Notes: a model not told the origin generated them from the letters alone. 64,000 bases of DNA from Octopus vulgaris (GCA_951406725.2 OX597820.1:26536001-26600000); one strand, 5' to 3'; shown: positions 40,620 through 54,055, counted from the stretch's first letter. Translations and numbers: made by a program.

Positions 40620-40821
40620 TAGGGCATGCAGAAAATATTCAAATGTAATAAGTTTCGTTTAACCGAGTTGTGAAAAGACCCGTTAGAAATCGTTTGTCAA
40701 AGCCCATATCACTCTTCTACGGAATATATTTTTTCAAATAGGAGCTTTAACAAACAGTCTAACGGAATTTTTCAGTACCCAATCAAAACTTATAATTTTC
40801 GAATATTTTTTGCCTGTTCTA
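40620..40821. mobile_element. Foldback MITE (~85-bp diverged inverted arms)
   Basis: agggcatgcagaaaatattc...ccgttaga..gtttgtcaaagc pairs with gctttaacaaacagtctaacgg...gaatattttttgcctgttct. Confidence 0.65.
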
Positions 40822-41719
40822 TTAAATGGACACGCAGAAACACACACACACATATACATATTGTATAGAGATAATTCTATAGAAAACTTCAATTTCAGGC
40901 ATGGGCTGAGGTCTTGAGGATGCAAACAAGAAATAGTATGTAATATATTTGAAAAATCCCTAGATGGAAAAGTGGCTTCCAGGTACCCATGGGGCTTGGA
41001 CTGTTACTTTTTCTCATACTAATCATCAACTATTGTCTGAAGATCAGAAACAAGAAACTCAGAGTAACACTTTGTTGGGAAGTTTTCAGTTTCCAAAAAC
41101 TAATATAAATAACTTTCTGAAATCGAGTACTCACTTTACTCCTTCTTGTTCATAATGTTTGTGTATATATATATATATATGATGTATACATACATACACT
41201 ACTGATTCCATCTGTTTAAATAAAAGCATTCTATTTTTTTGATTTTCATAAATATTTATTGCCACTGCTGATAATAATAAATATTAATAAATGATTTTTT
41301 AACAAAAAAAAAATCATGAATATATTGTTTTAAAAGTAAAATGTTTGTTCATTAATTAACAGCTATGTTGTTAAAAATATGATATATTAACTATTAACAC
41401 CAGGACAATACCTTGAGAGTATCATGGAATGGATGTGAGCTGCCTTGAAAAGAAGGGACAGCCTGTCCTCTTTCTATTGTGTTTTTTTTGTTTTTTAACA
41501 TCCACTTTTCTTTCCATGCTTGTAATGTGACAGAAGTTTGAGGCAGATTTCCTATGCTATGATACCATTCCTGTTGCCTGTTTCGAAGCAAATTAATATT
41601 TTCCCCTGGCTAGACATGTTTTCTCTGAATGACTGTTTGCCTGACAGTGACAACCATTTATAATTATCACTCAGTGTCAAGGCAAGGACCACACACGCAA
41701 CATATATATATATAACACA

Positions 41720-42284
41720 TTGGATTGTCCGGAAAGTTCGTGCCGATTTATAGTAGCTTACCTTTCGATTTATTTTAGAACATGGTTGAGTCCATAAAAT
41801 AGGATTTGACTACACCTCCTTTTAGAGCACAGTTTAAGCTATCTTTTCGTGGAAGCAGGTTTATGTTCCTATAACTGGGTTAATTCTGTAACCCTTTAAA
41901 ATGGAAGATAAGAAAGTTCATTTTCGGCACTTTATGCTTTTGGAACCAGACAAAAATTGCTGCATCTCGGCTGGGATGTGTTACCCCACCCTCCATATTC
42001 ACCAGATATTGCTCCTTTGGATTTCTACTTATTCAGGTCTCTGCAGAATAGTCTTAATGGTAAAAATTTCAATTCCTTGTATGACGTAAAAAGATACTTT
42101 GATGAATTCTTTGCTATGAAACTACCTCAGTTCTGAGAAGAGGGTATTTTCAAGTTAACGGAAAGATGGAGACGCATTGTGCAACAAAATGGTTCATATT
42201 TGGTTGATTGAAAATGTAATGGCAAGTATTTATTGACCTTTTTCTTTCCTTTAAAAATCGGCACGAACTTTCCGGACAACCCAA
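41720..42284 (+). mobile_element. Non-autonomous internally deleted mariner element
   Basis: TIRs ttgg(g/a)ttgtccggaaagttcgtgccgattt with TA at 42285. MEDKKVHFRHFML is fused to a C-terminal remnant containing HPPYSPDIAP.DF.LF. Confidence 0.92.
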
Positions 42285-42896
42285 TATCGATCTATCTATC
42301 TCCATACATACATACATACAAGCGTCTTTTACTTTCTCCTTACCAAATCCGCTCTCAAGGCTTTGGTTAGCCTGAGACAATAGGGAGCATCTGAGCATGG
42401 TGTGGAAAGTTCTTACCACACAGCCACGCCTGGGCCTATTCTATGGCATAGTTGGTGACACAGTCACTTGGTATCCTTTTAATTAAGTAACTATTAAAGG
42501 AGTCACATGAAAGATGGTCATAGATTGTGTCCCAATAGTTCAGCGTCTTATTTATTTTAGCCTTCCCTATGACAGAAACTGCCTTTCCCCACCACTTTTT
42601 ATTATTACAGGAGTGAAAGCCGTAAGATATTTACAAGAGCGGTATGATCAACTGGATTTGGTTTCAGTATCTATCTTTATCTTTTATCAGTTTCAGTTAT
42701 TGAACTGAATTGCAGCTAAGCTGGGGTGTCGCTTCGAAGGGTTTTAGCCGAACAGATCACTCCCCAGTATTCATTTTAGGCCTTGAACTCACTCTACCGG
42801 TCTGTTTTGCCGAACCACCAAATTACGGGGACGTAAACAAGCCCATGCCAGTTGTCATGCAATGGTTTACGAGCACAACACAGACAAACGCATATA

Positions 42897-43986
42897 CAGT
42901 ATCATGCAAAAGTCTTCGGTCACTTTGAACTATTGTAAATTTCTACTGATTGGATGTTTCGCATTGCATTTTTACAGACGAAACCTTGGCACTGTTGGAG
43001 CCATTTCCATATCTAATGTTTTGTAGTAGGGATTCCGAATGAGAGGGCAAAATGCGAGACGACTACCAAAAACGGCCGTGCAAAAGTTTTCGGTCATCTC
43101 TGACAAATTCTGGAGGCCTAACAAATTCTTGCTTATTTGAAAACGAAATGACTCCCGTTACGCGACGAAAACCGTGAAGTTTGTGGGGATGAGAGTCTGA
43201 TGCTGTGGGGTTACATAAAAAGTGATGGTACAAGTAAGTTGGTTAAAATTGACGGTAACTTTAGTAGTGCCAAAATCATCCAGTTGCTCAAGGACAATTT
43301 GATACCAGATTTGGATGAAGGTGAGATTTTTCAGCATGACGTGGTTCCGTGCCGCAGATCGCGTGCAACACAACAGAGTCTGGCCGAGGAAGGTGTTTAC
43401 CATATTGGAAGATTGACTAGTCAGAGCCCTGACTTAAATATCCTTTTCTACTCTAGGCTGAAGGCCCGAAATTTTTGGGGAGGTGGGGAGCAGTCGATTA
43501 GATCGACCCCAGTACGCAACTGGTACTTTATCGATCCCGAAAGGATGAAAGGCAAAGTCGACCTCGGCGGAATTTGAACTCAGAACACAACGGCAGACGA
43601 AATACCGCTAAGCATTTCGCCCGGCGTGCTATCGTTTCTGCCAGCTCGCCGCCTAGCCCTGACTTAAATATTATCGAGAAAATGTAGACAGAACTAAAGA
43701 GAAGATTTCGTCAGAAGAATCTACGCAATCTTGAAGAGTTGTGGGAGCTCAGCCACAGAGAATGGCATCTCGTACCTGTGAAGATGGTGAAATATTTGTA
43801 TGCATCTCTTCCCAGGCGTATTGAAGCAATTATTCAAGCTAAGAGATGCCACATGAAATATTAACAATGTACAGTGACTTCTTGAAATGAACATTATGTA
43901 ATTTTCGTTATAGACATCTTTCTGTTTTAAAACACTGTATCTTGATTGGTTTATGTGAGGTGGCCGAAAACTTTTGCACAGTGCTG
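42897..43986 (+). mobile_element. Decayed Tc1-like element (IR/DR-like ends), interrupted by a SINE
   Basis: TA-CAG...CTG-TA ends. TIR core tgcaaaagt(c/t)ttcgg(t/c)ca recurs at 43079-43096. Transposase remnants MLWG, FQHD, SPDLNIIE, LYASLPRRIEAII. Confidence 0.88.
43442..43654 (-). mobile_element. SINE family A (tRNA-like head, conserved gtcgactttgcctttcatcctttcggg core), short-tail variant
   Basis: 17-bp TSD agccctgacttaaatat at 43425-43441 and 43655-43671. Confidence 0.92.
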
Positions 43987-44699
43987 TAGTTAAAATTTAA
44001 AGAAAACAAAAACTGGTGAGAGAGCAACAAGCAGGTGTATTCACTCACAAAGCATTGATCGGCCCGATGCTGTAGTAGAAGGCACTTGTCCGCAGTGCTG
44101 TACACTGTGACTGAACCCGAAATCACATAGCTGCAAAGCGAGCTTCTTAACCACACGGCCGCGCTATAAATCTAAGACTTAGGAAGTCAATGTTAAAAAA
44201 TTAAATTAAATATGAACTTTGTTTTTTAGTTCTAGCATAAAGTCACACATTTTTGACGAGTACATGGTCGATTAAACGGAGCCTTTGTACTTTATCGACC
44301 TCAGAAGGCCGAATGAAAACAACAAAAAGCGAAGTTGATTTCGGTTGAATGCAAAACGTAAAAAATCCATAACTAAATATCACAAAACTTTTTGTTTGAG
44401 ACGCTATCGATTCTGTCAGCCTAAGACAGTTTGTATTGTACTCTGTCGTTTATTATGCTTACTGACCAAGTTTTTACGCTTTTACTGCGGAATTTAATTT
44501 AATTGTTATTCCAGTAATAATGTTAAACGTCGACCAAAAAATAAAATAACGGTATTTTCTGCAAGTTACTTTGCTTCAGTAAACTTTATATAGCTCAGCG
44601 AAAAATGGTTTCTAACATTACTCTACAAAAGACAGATTGGTGTATAAAATTGCTTTCTACAGTTAAGTGTAAAGAAATTTTGGGTGAATATATTCCATT

Positions 44700-45077
44700 T
44701 CCGCAACCACGTGGTTCCGGGTTCAGTCCCACTGTGTGGCACCTTGGGCAAGTGTCTTCTACTATAGCATCGGGCCGACCAAAGCCTTGTCAGTGGATTT
44801 GGTAGACGGAAACTGAAAGAAGCCCGTTGTATATATGTTTATATATATATATTATATACATATGTGTGTGTGTGTGTGTGTGTGTTTGTGTCTGTCCCCC
44901 GACATCGCTTGACAACCGATGGTGGTGTGTTTACGTCTCCGTAACTTAGCGGTTCGGCAAAAAGCGACCGATAGAATAAGTACTAGGCTTACAAAGAATA
45001 AGTCCTGGGGTCGACTAAAGGCGGTGCTCCAGCATGGCCACAGTCAAATGACTGAAACAAGTAAAAGAGTAAAAAGA
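44700..45077 (+). mobile_element. SINE family B, slightly 5'-truncated
   Basis: Colinear with 59529-59940. Confidence 0.88.
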
Positions 45078-45644
45078 TATATATAAAAAGTGGTCTCATC
45101 ATTTTTGGGAAGTTTCTTCGTTCAAGGGAGATAATTCTCAGTATTTGTTCGATCAGATCAGTTGCGATCTAGCTGACCTTTGATCGAAGGCAATCTAGCT
45201 GTGACCCCTCCGATTTTTCGTATTGGCAAAGTGACGTATGATTACGTCATATAGCTTGGTATTCTTTTCTAAGACTACAATGTGTGATTTGAAGAAATTA
45301 CAGTTGCTACTTCTAGTAACTTCAGCGTCTGCGTAGGAGCTCCGTTCGCTCATAACGACAAGTGAATCTTCTGGGAAGCATCTTCATAACTGAGAAACGA
45401 AGTTTTGGGGTAGAGAAATATCTCTTTATCTTACGTTTCATGGAGAAATTAAAGTGAATGTCTTCATAGAAGAAAAATGCTTAAAAAATTGGCAAATAAA
45501 TAAACAAACAAATAAATTTCAAGGGAGATAACTTATATTCAGCATATGGGACATAACTTTCGAGAATAAATGTAAGGGAGATAATACTAATATAGAAAAT
45601 TTATCCTCATTTAAACGTTCTCTTAGAATAAACTATACTGCGGT

Positions 45645-46064
45645 ACTCTCTTTTACTCTTTTACTTGTTTCAGTCATTTGACTGTGGCTATGCTGGAGCA
45701 CCGCCTTTAGTCGAGCAAATCGACCCCAGGACATATTCTTTGTAAGCCTAGTTCTTATTCTATCGGTCTGTTTTGCTGAACCGCTAAGTTACGGGGACGT
45801 AAACACACCAGCATCGGTTGTCAAGCGATGTTGGGGGGACAAACACAAACACGCAAACACACATATATATATATACACACACACATATATATACATATAC
45901 ATATATACGACGGGCTTCTTTCAGTTTCCGTCCACCAAATCCACTCACAAGGCTTTGGTCGGCTAGAGCCTATAGTAGAAGAAACTTGCCCAAGGTGCCA
46001 CGCAGTAGGACTGAACCCGGAACCATGTGGTTGGTAAGCAAGCTACTTACCACACAGCCACTCC
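45645..46064 (-). mobile_element. SINE family B, full length (others at 10250-10615, 10724-11430, 60530-61022, 62915-63110)
   Basis: Reverse complement of family B. Confidence 0.88.
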
Positions 46065-46594
46065 TATTTTTTTTAACAAACCCATTAAAATGAAAGAAGC
46101 ATTACTTGTTGGTAGTAATACTGCCTGTGTCGCTAATAAACATGATATTGAAAAATGATGTTACACTAAACTGTAAAGGCTATTTTAATTTTCTCAGCGT
46201 ATGGCGGTTGGAAAAAATAGTAGGAGCAAGGATACTAGTTTTCGGCAAACTTCATTGAAAAGTGTGGTATATATTTTCAAAAGAAGAAATGATGAAAATA
46301 TCAGGTCATGAGAGAGTCTTGCAGCCCCTGGGATGTTATTTTTGTGAGCCTTAGAACTCATAAGGTCGGGTCATTATCGAATTTCCATTGTTTATAAGTG
46401 ACTGAGTTTACAAGACTCCTTACTGAATGGGGCGCCAGTACGTTGTTGGGTTAACTTCTGAGCTGTTACTGGAATCCACTTGCAGCTGCGTGGACTAAAG
46501 CAAAATGACTTGAAACGCTTTGCTCAAGAACACAACGCACCGACTGGTCCGGGAATCGAAATTACGATCGTAAAATCGTGTGAGCAATATCTTC

Positions 46595-46931
46595 TGAAGG
46601 CGTGTGGCTCAGTGGTTAGAGCATCGAGCTTACGATCGTGAGGCTGTGAGCTCGAATCCCGGACCGGGCTGCGTGTTGTGTTCTTGAGCAAGACACTTTA
46701 TTTCACGTTGCTCCAGTTCACTCAGCTGTAGAAATGAGTTGCGACGTCACAGGTGCCAAGCTGTATCGGCCCTTACCTTTCCCTTGGACAACATCGGTGA
46801 CGTGGAGAGGGGAGGCCGGTATGCATGGGCGACTGCTGGTCTTCCATAAAACAACTTTGCCCAGACTTGTACATCAGAGGGTAACTCTCTAGGTGCAAAC
46901 CCATGGTCAGTGTCTGACCGAAGGGGGTCAC
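46595..46931 (+). mobile_element. SINE family C nested in an antisense SINE (others at 34430-34722, 54928-55243, 62141-62472, all on -)
   Basis: tRNA-like head tggctcagtggttagagc...tcgaatccc; 10-bp TSD caatatcttc (46585-46594, 46932-46941). Confidence 0.88.
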
Positions 46932-47855
46932 CAATATCTTCACCATTAGGCCACGCGCCTTTACTTGAATGTAATTTTGTATATATAAATAATTTTGTTT
47001 TGATTATTATTAAAGCTATTCTAACTTTCTAGGCCTGATAGACATTGTATTACATATCTATTTAGCGATTCTCTTATTAATATTTCACAAGCATCATGAG
47101 GAACGCGGTGTAATAAAACCGAAACATAGCAACAATTGTCTCCCTTACTGACCGGAATGATTAAAACATTAGATACTGACTAATGTTTTGTTGTCCTTCC
47201 AATTAACTCTGATACTTTCTATATTAAATCTAACTTAATTATAAAGCTATATGGTAGAGTAGTGAGAGCGTTAGAAAAAATGCTTTGTGGTACTTTTTCT
47301 GGATCACTCTGGTCTGAGTTCAAATCCCACCTTAGTTAACTTCGTCATTCATTTTTTTTAGGGTCGATAAAATAAATTGCTAGTCTAAGAATACATTTTG
47401 GTAGAATTGTCAGAGTGTTGTTGCCTTCTGGTATTTGTTACGACTCTTTGTGTACCAAGTTCTTGCCATTTAGATTTAATCAGCGTATTCTCATCCTGTG
47501 GTCCCTCGGTAGCTGCAGCAGAATTCACAATGCTGCAAGAGTTCAAAACAGGTCTCCGGTTTCAGGATATCTCCCTCTCTTACTTCCATCAGTCTCAAAA
47601 CCCCGAAAGAAAAAAGAAGAAAAACTGGTTCCTGACAAAATTGTGTGTGTGAGTGTGTGTGAGTGTGTATGCCTCTACATATATATATAAATTGAGGAGA
47701 AGAGAACTTCAAATCGATGTTACGATCTTTTCCGTAAACGAATGTCGTTTATTCCATACCACATATAAAGTTATGCAATACGTGCATTGTATGCGACTTA
47801 TGTAATAACATTATTGTTCACTACTTCTTCTGACATATGTGTGTGTGCGTGTGTG

Positions 47856-47920
<65 letters not shown>

Positions 47921-49201
47921 CGAAATATTGTGCATATGTAAAAAATGTGAAAAAAATATACCCCTCTTCGTTTAGTTGTGTTCATTTACCATCTGCGTTC
48001 AAATCCTACTGATGACAACTTCACCCTTCTTCTTTCCACTTGCCATACAATATTTTACATAACTGGGTTTGTTACGCTTTTTACAGTAAAGTATTGGGTT
48101 TATTGTACCCAACTATAATTCCAACTCAGGATAATTTGCTGGGTGCATTTCTGAGCTTAATCAATAGGCAATGGAATCAAGTATTTCTTATTTACAATCA
48201 GTTGCTGTTCCTTTTTAGACATCCACTGTACACAAACGGACATTGTTTGGTCACATCAAACTGACCTTGCCGTGTCAGAGCTAAAAATCGATCGGAAATA
48301 GTGTAACAGGATGTGATCGTCCGCTGTTGTCTAAATTAATAATATTAATTGATCATTTTACTAAGAAGACACTTGTTAAAACAACTTTGTCCTTGCTTTT
48401 TGCCGCGTTGAGCTTTATCTATTTACATTATTCACAAATAGTTTATTTACAATTATGTACAATGTCCTTTTAGTAAACGTTTTGATGCTTCTTATCTTAA
48501 ATACGAGTTGGAAACTTGGCAGTCATTCCGGTTTTTTATGTTCTGAGTTCAAATCCTGCCGAGCTCTGCTTTACCTTCTTTCATCCGTTCGTGGTTGATA
48601 AATAATATATCAGGCTAGTGCTGAGGTCAATTACTTGTTCTCTCTCATGTTCTATGAGGAAGAAATTAGTTATAGCTAGATATAGAAAAGGATGGATACC
48701 GTCAGATTTAAAATGTACCAAAACATATCGTATGTCGTGACAGCACCCCTAAGACTCATAAAGAATTAGGGACTCATGCCTGTTCTAACTTAACTATTGA
48801 TCTTTTATGCGGATGGCACACCTAAGAGTAATTTATTCGCTTAATGATTATTATTCTTATCTATTACTACTAACACAAGTTGACGTAATAAATATTATAG
48901 AAATAGATGTTACTATCTCCAACTGAAGATTGCAAAGCATGTTTTTTCATGCACTGCATGAAATCAGTTGATATTGGGGTATGTAAACTATTTTCAAATT
49001 CCATCCTGAATGCAGGCCTATTTTTAAAAATATTCATTGTATTGCTCGTGTGTGTATTTATCGTAGGATTGGTGGGCTTTTGAAGCCTTCGCTTTCATCT
49101 TTGGCAAGCGGTATTTTTACCCTTCTTTTCTTCAAATATTTCATATTATACCTATTAAGGTAGAAGTCTTGCTAGCCACCTTATTTTTAATAGTAATAAT
49201 G

Positions 49202-49258
<57 letters not shown>

Positions 49259-49818
49259 CAAAATGGGACAAGAACGCAAAACATTCAGATAGACGATACA
49301 AAGAAAACAATGACGGGTCATTGGAAGCCCTCTATCCTCAGTCAAGCACCAGATTATCCTCGCAATTTCGGCTGATTATTCTTGATATTGCTCCAATCTT
49401 GCCAGCCCCAAGTAAAAACTAAGCTAAGAGCATTAGATTCCTTGGAAGAAAGCAGCGAATGTATACAAAAACAAGGACGGAAAAAAACAGATGAAGTCGC
49501 ACAAATATAAATACAATAAAAATAATAAAAGGACATAACAAAAGGTGTCTTTCGACTAAGGACGAATTGAATCAAGCTGGCGCGTATGGAAATGGAGCCT
49601 TACGGTAGAGATACAAAAGTTTCACAAACACAGAGAAGAATATCGATGTTGCATGGACGACGGTCAGACCAAAAAAGAAAGAACAGGCTAGGCTGACCGG
49701 CGGTCACGTGGGAAGAGAAGAGAGAGAGAAGTAGAAGCAGAGGGAGTATCTATCTATCTATCTGTCTGTCTGTCTATCTATAGTTAGATAGATAGATAGA
49801 TAGACAGATAGATAAATA

Positions 49819-49905
<87 letters not shown>

Positions 49906-50473
49906 AGAAGGGAAAGAGACAGATAAGGGTAGAGCAGTAGCGATACATTGATAGACAGATACAGAAAAATAGCGACAGAGATAGATAGATAAAAATAGAG
50001 GGATAGATAAAAATAGATAGACAAGTAGATAGCTGGATAGGCAGACAGATAGAAAGAAATAGAAAGAGAGGTAACAAGAGATAAAAAGCTGGACAGACAT
50101 ACAGATAGATAGACAGATAGTGAAAAGGAGAAAGAGAGTAGGAAAGAAGTTTAGAGATGGAAAGAGATTTCCTCCTCGCGGCACAGCGTACGAACATATT
50201 CGCACAAGCTTCACTATGAGAATGCAGGTGAATTGGGCGTAAGAATGCATTACCTAACATTCTTTCCTTTGAACCAGTAGACACAAGAATGATTACGTTT
50301 CGCTGAGGAAGTCCAATAAGACGGAAACATGCCGGGAGTTGTCATTGTGTCTGTCAAAGATCAGACTATTTCTTCCACTCGCTGCATAGTCTATTTCCAG
50401 TTTTAAACTATAAAAGTAAAACCAACTTATGAGACAGAAAGAAATAACTGAGACACAACTTATTACCATTCCC

Positions 50474-50479
50474 TTTATT
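50474..50479 (-). promoter_or_regulatory. Candidate polyadenylation signal of the minus-strand membrane-protein gene
   Basis: tttatt on + (AATAAA on -) shortly after the predicted stop. Confidence 0.45.
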
Positions 50480-50535
50480 CAAACCATTGATATAAACAAA
50501 GTAGAATTTGAAAATACAGAAATGCTCCTTTTGAA

Positions 50536-50634
50536 TCAGTATGCAACAGATCTCGGAGCAGGATAATATGACCGCCATTTATCTTGCTGATACGCCGGTC
50601 GCAGTGGAAGCGTGGAGCTCTGAAAGGAGGGATT
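50536..50634 (-). CDS. Terminal exon (NPSFQSSTLPLRPAYQQDKWRSYYPAPRSVAY*)
   Basis: Long pyrimidine tract ending tctttcag, phase 0, TGA at 50536-50538, AATAAA about 60 nt downstream. Confidence 0.72.
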   Translation of the reverse strand, partial: NPSFQSSTLPLRPAYQQDKWRSYYPAPRSVAY

Positions 50635-50721
50635 CTGAAAGAAAGAAAGAGAGAGAGAAAAGGACAGGTTTCATGATTATCCTGGATGATTTGGGTAAAC
50701 ATAAATTTTAAATTAATATAG

Positions 50722-50953
50722 ATTTCTTTACTACCCACAAGGGGCTAAACACAGAGGAGACAAACAAGGACAGACAAAGGGATTAAGTCGACTACATCGA
50801 CCCCAGTGCGTAACTGGTACTTAATTTATCGACCCCGAAAGGATGAAAGGCAAAGTCGACCTCGGTGGAATTTGAACTCGGAACGTAACGGCAGACGAAA
50901 TACGACAGCCCATTTCGCCCGGCGTGCTAACGTTTCTGCCAGCTCGCCGCCTT
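50722..50953 (-). mobile_element. SINE family A, full length (others at 60258-60488, 61360-61572, 32125-32560, 35955-36165, 52110-52435, 38680-38825)
   Basis: cccacaaggggctaaacacagag...gaaaggatgaaaggcaaagtcgacctcgg...gccagctcgccgcc; possible TSD attaatata. Confidence 0.88.
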
Positions 50954-51051
50954 CATTAATATAATTTAATTGATTAGGTACTGAATTACGTAATTAATGA
51001 TGTTTACAATTAATAAAACAACTGCTGAACACAATTAGATTATGAACTGTT

Positions 51052-51127
<76 letters not shown>

Positions 51128-51128
<1 letters not shown>

Positions 51129-51693
51129 TGGGTTGTCCGGAAAGTTCGTGTCAATTTTTAAAGGCAAGAAAAAGATTAATAAATTCTTGCCATTTCATTT
51201 TTAATCAACCAAATATGAACCATTTTGTTGCACAATGCGTCTCCGTCTTTCCTTTATCTTGAAAATACCCTCTTCCCAGAATTGAGGTGGTTTCATGGCA
51301 AAGAATTCATCAAGGTATCTTTTTACGTCATCCAAGGAATTGTAATTTTTACCATTAAGACTATTCTGCAGAGAGCTGAATAAGTGGAAATCCGAAGGAG
51401 CAATATCTGGTAAATATGGAGGGTGGGGTAACACATCCCAGCCGAGCTGTAGCAATTTTTGTCTGGTTCCCAAAGCATCAAGTGCTGAAAATGAACTTTC
51501 TTATCTTCCATTTTAAAGGGTTACAGAATTAACACAGGTTATAGGAACATAAACCTTCTTCCACGAAAAAATAAGCTTAAACTGTGCTCTAAATGGAGGT
51601 GTAGTCAAATGCTATTTTATGAACTCAACCATGTTCTAAAATAAGTCGAAAGGTAAGCTACTATAAATCGGCACGAACTTTTGGAGAACCCAA
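51128..51693 (-). mobile_element. Second copy of the same deleted mariner, opposite orientation
   Basis: Same TIRs with TA on both sides and the same deletion junction. Encodes GWDVLPHPPYLPDIAPSDFHLF. Confidence 0.92.
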
Positions 51694-53274
51694 TATATGA
51701 AATTTATGCTTTTCTGCTTTTTATTCTAAGATGAAAAGAAACGTCTGTCCGCCAATTCCCTATCCAACAATTTGTCAGCCTATTGTTCTTTCATACGCAC
51801 ATACACATAATGTCTACAATTCTACGATCTAACGACGTCACTCACAACCTAACACAGAATGTGTATTTGAGAAATTCTCTCCTGAGACTATTCTTGTAGC
51901 GATAGGTTTTATCCAGTCCGATTATAGTCGAACGTGTTAAACACTTGCTTCTTGATTATACTAAAGATTTTCTATTCCTTTTGCCATTCCGGCGTCACTA
52001 AAATGAAATACCAGTCAAATACTAGGGTCAATTTAATTGCCTGTATTCTCTCTCAAATGTATAGCTTTGCTCCTTCCTCTATTAAAAATCCTTATTATTG
52101 ATTAACCTTATTAATCTCGAAAGGATGAAAGACAAAGTCTACCTTGGTGGAATTTTAAAATTCAAAATGTAAGGATGGACAAAATGCTGCTAAGCATTTT
52201 GCATGGTGTACTAACGATTCTGTCAATTCATTGCCTTAATAGCAACAACAATAACAATCTTTCCTACTATTGGTACAAGGCCAGAAAATTTGGGGGCAGG
52301 GACTAGTTGATTACATCGACCCCAGAGCGTAACAGGTACTTATTTCATTGACCCTGAAAGAATGAAAGACGAAGTTGACTACAGCAGAATTTGAACTCAG
52401 AATATAAGGACAGACGAAATGCCACTAAGCATTTATATATAATGAGGAGATGATAATAATAATAATAATAATAATAATAATCCTTTCTACTATAGACACA
52501 CGATGGAGTCGAGCTTGTAGATGTGTTATCGCACCGAACGAAATGCTCAGGGGTATTTATTTCCTCCTGCTATAAACGTTCTGAGTTGCAATTCCGCCGA
52601 GGTCGACTTTGCCTTTCATCCTTTCAGGGCTGATAAAATAAGTACCAGTTGAGTATTGAGATCTATGTAATTGGTTACCCCTCTTCTTAAAATTGATGGT
52701 CTTGTATCAAAAATTAGAAAGAATTATTAAAAATAATAATATGGCGGCGGTGGCGGTTGTTTGGCAGTGTAGGTAGAGCTGCAGACAAAATGTAATGTAG
52801 TATTCAGTTACGGCCCTTTACATTCTAAGTTCAAATCCCGTCGTTATCAACCTTGCTTTTCATGCCTCTGGGCCCAATAAAATGAAGTACCAGTCAAGTA
52901 ACGGGGTTGATGTAATCGGTTACTCCTTTCCTCGTAAAATTACCAGCTTCGTGTCGAGATCAGAAACAGTTATTATTGATTAGCAGAACTGGCAAAGCAT
53001 CGAACATCTTGCAAGATTTAACTACGATTCTTCATGTTCTTGAGTGATCTCAAATCCTACTGAGTCGACTTTACATTTTCGATAAAACACATAGCATTCA
53101 TGTGCTGGAGGTGGGTATCAATTCATTCAACTTGTCCATGCCACCTTTATATATGTTATTTTGTTTAGATGTGAACAAATCGAATACTGTTATTCTGCTT
53201 GTCACGATATGTGTTCGTGTGTTACGCTTTAAAAAAATGTAGTGTTTGTCTTTTTTTTATCTATCTATCTATCT

Positions 53275-53616
53275 GTGCAAACAAATGTGGTAACATATAA
53301 CAATATTGACCAAGGTTACCGTGATCTTTTTCGTAGGCTTTTCTTCCCACGGATAAACCTTATCTGCTTCCCCCTTTACACCGTACATCATAGCACTGTG
53401 ATACACGATCCCTATTGATCGTTTTTCCCCCTCTTCCCCTTTTTTCCTCTTTTTTCTTCTTTTTTCTTTTTTCTCTTTCTTTTTTTTTCTTTTTTCCCTT
53501 TTACGATCCCTTTTGATCGAAAACCGACGCCACTTTTTTTTTTCATCCCCCAAAAGAAAAGCTCTACCTTGTAATTTATCCCATCTGTATGCAGCCCTGT
53601 GTGGCTAATAAAGAAA
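53275..53616 (+). mobile_element. Probable LINE 3' end inserted within a (TATC)n array
   Basis: TATC repeats on both flanks, pyrimidine-rich interior, AATAAA just before the 3' junction. Confidence 0.4.
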
Positions 53617-53617
53617 C

Positions 53618-53780
<163 letters not shown>

Positions 53781-54003
53781 AATTTGTGTAGTTATAAATT
53801 TATATTAATTAGTTATGCATTATATTTATAATATTATTTTATTGAAAATATCTTTTTAAAGAAAGTAATTATTACTTAATTGTGAATAAGTTATAGTGAT
53901 GTGGTATATATTTATTTATATTACGTGGGCTGGGTTGACCAGTAGAGGCCTGTCATCAAGGAGTCATCTTGAATTTGTCTCAAATCCCTTTACTCTTGCC
54001 TAG

Positions 54004-54055
54004 ATGCCTGACGAGATAGGCTCGTCATATGAGCCTATGAAACCTTAAGTCGTAT
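54004..54055 (+). ncRNA. Type I hammerhead ribozyme motif
   Basis: Stem I AUGC/GUAU, CUGACGA, extra G, stem II AUAGGCUC/GAGCCUAU, GAAAC-CUUAA-GUC. Predicted cut 54051/54052. Confidence 0.7.

Noticed and set aside
46596-46670. tRNA gene
   Set aside because: A/B-box-like head continues into a multi-copy SINE body; no full cloverleaf.
47545-47600. Minus-strand CUGAUG...GAAACCGG motif and ORF 47491-47712
   Set aside because: Core spacing wrong with no cleavage triplet; the ORF lies past the predicted stop and polyA signal of the minus-strand gene.
49305-49345. Hammerhead-like CUGAGGA...GACCCGUC on minus strand
   Set aside because: GAAA core absent and stem II poor; probably a Penelope-like remnant but not supportable.
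50303-50335. Hammerhead CUGAGGA-A-GUC...GAC-GGAAAC
   Set aside because: Extra G, no UH triplet and no stem I; at most a dead remnant.
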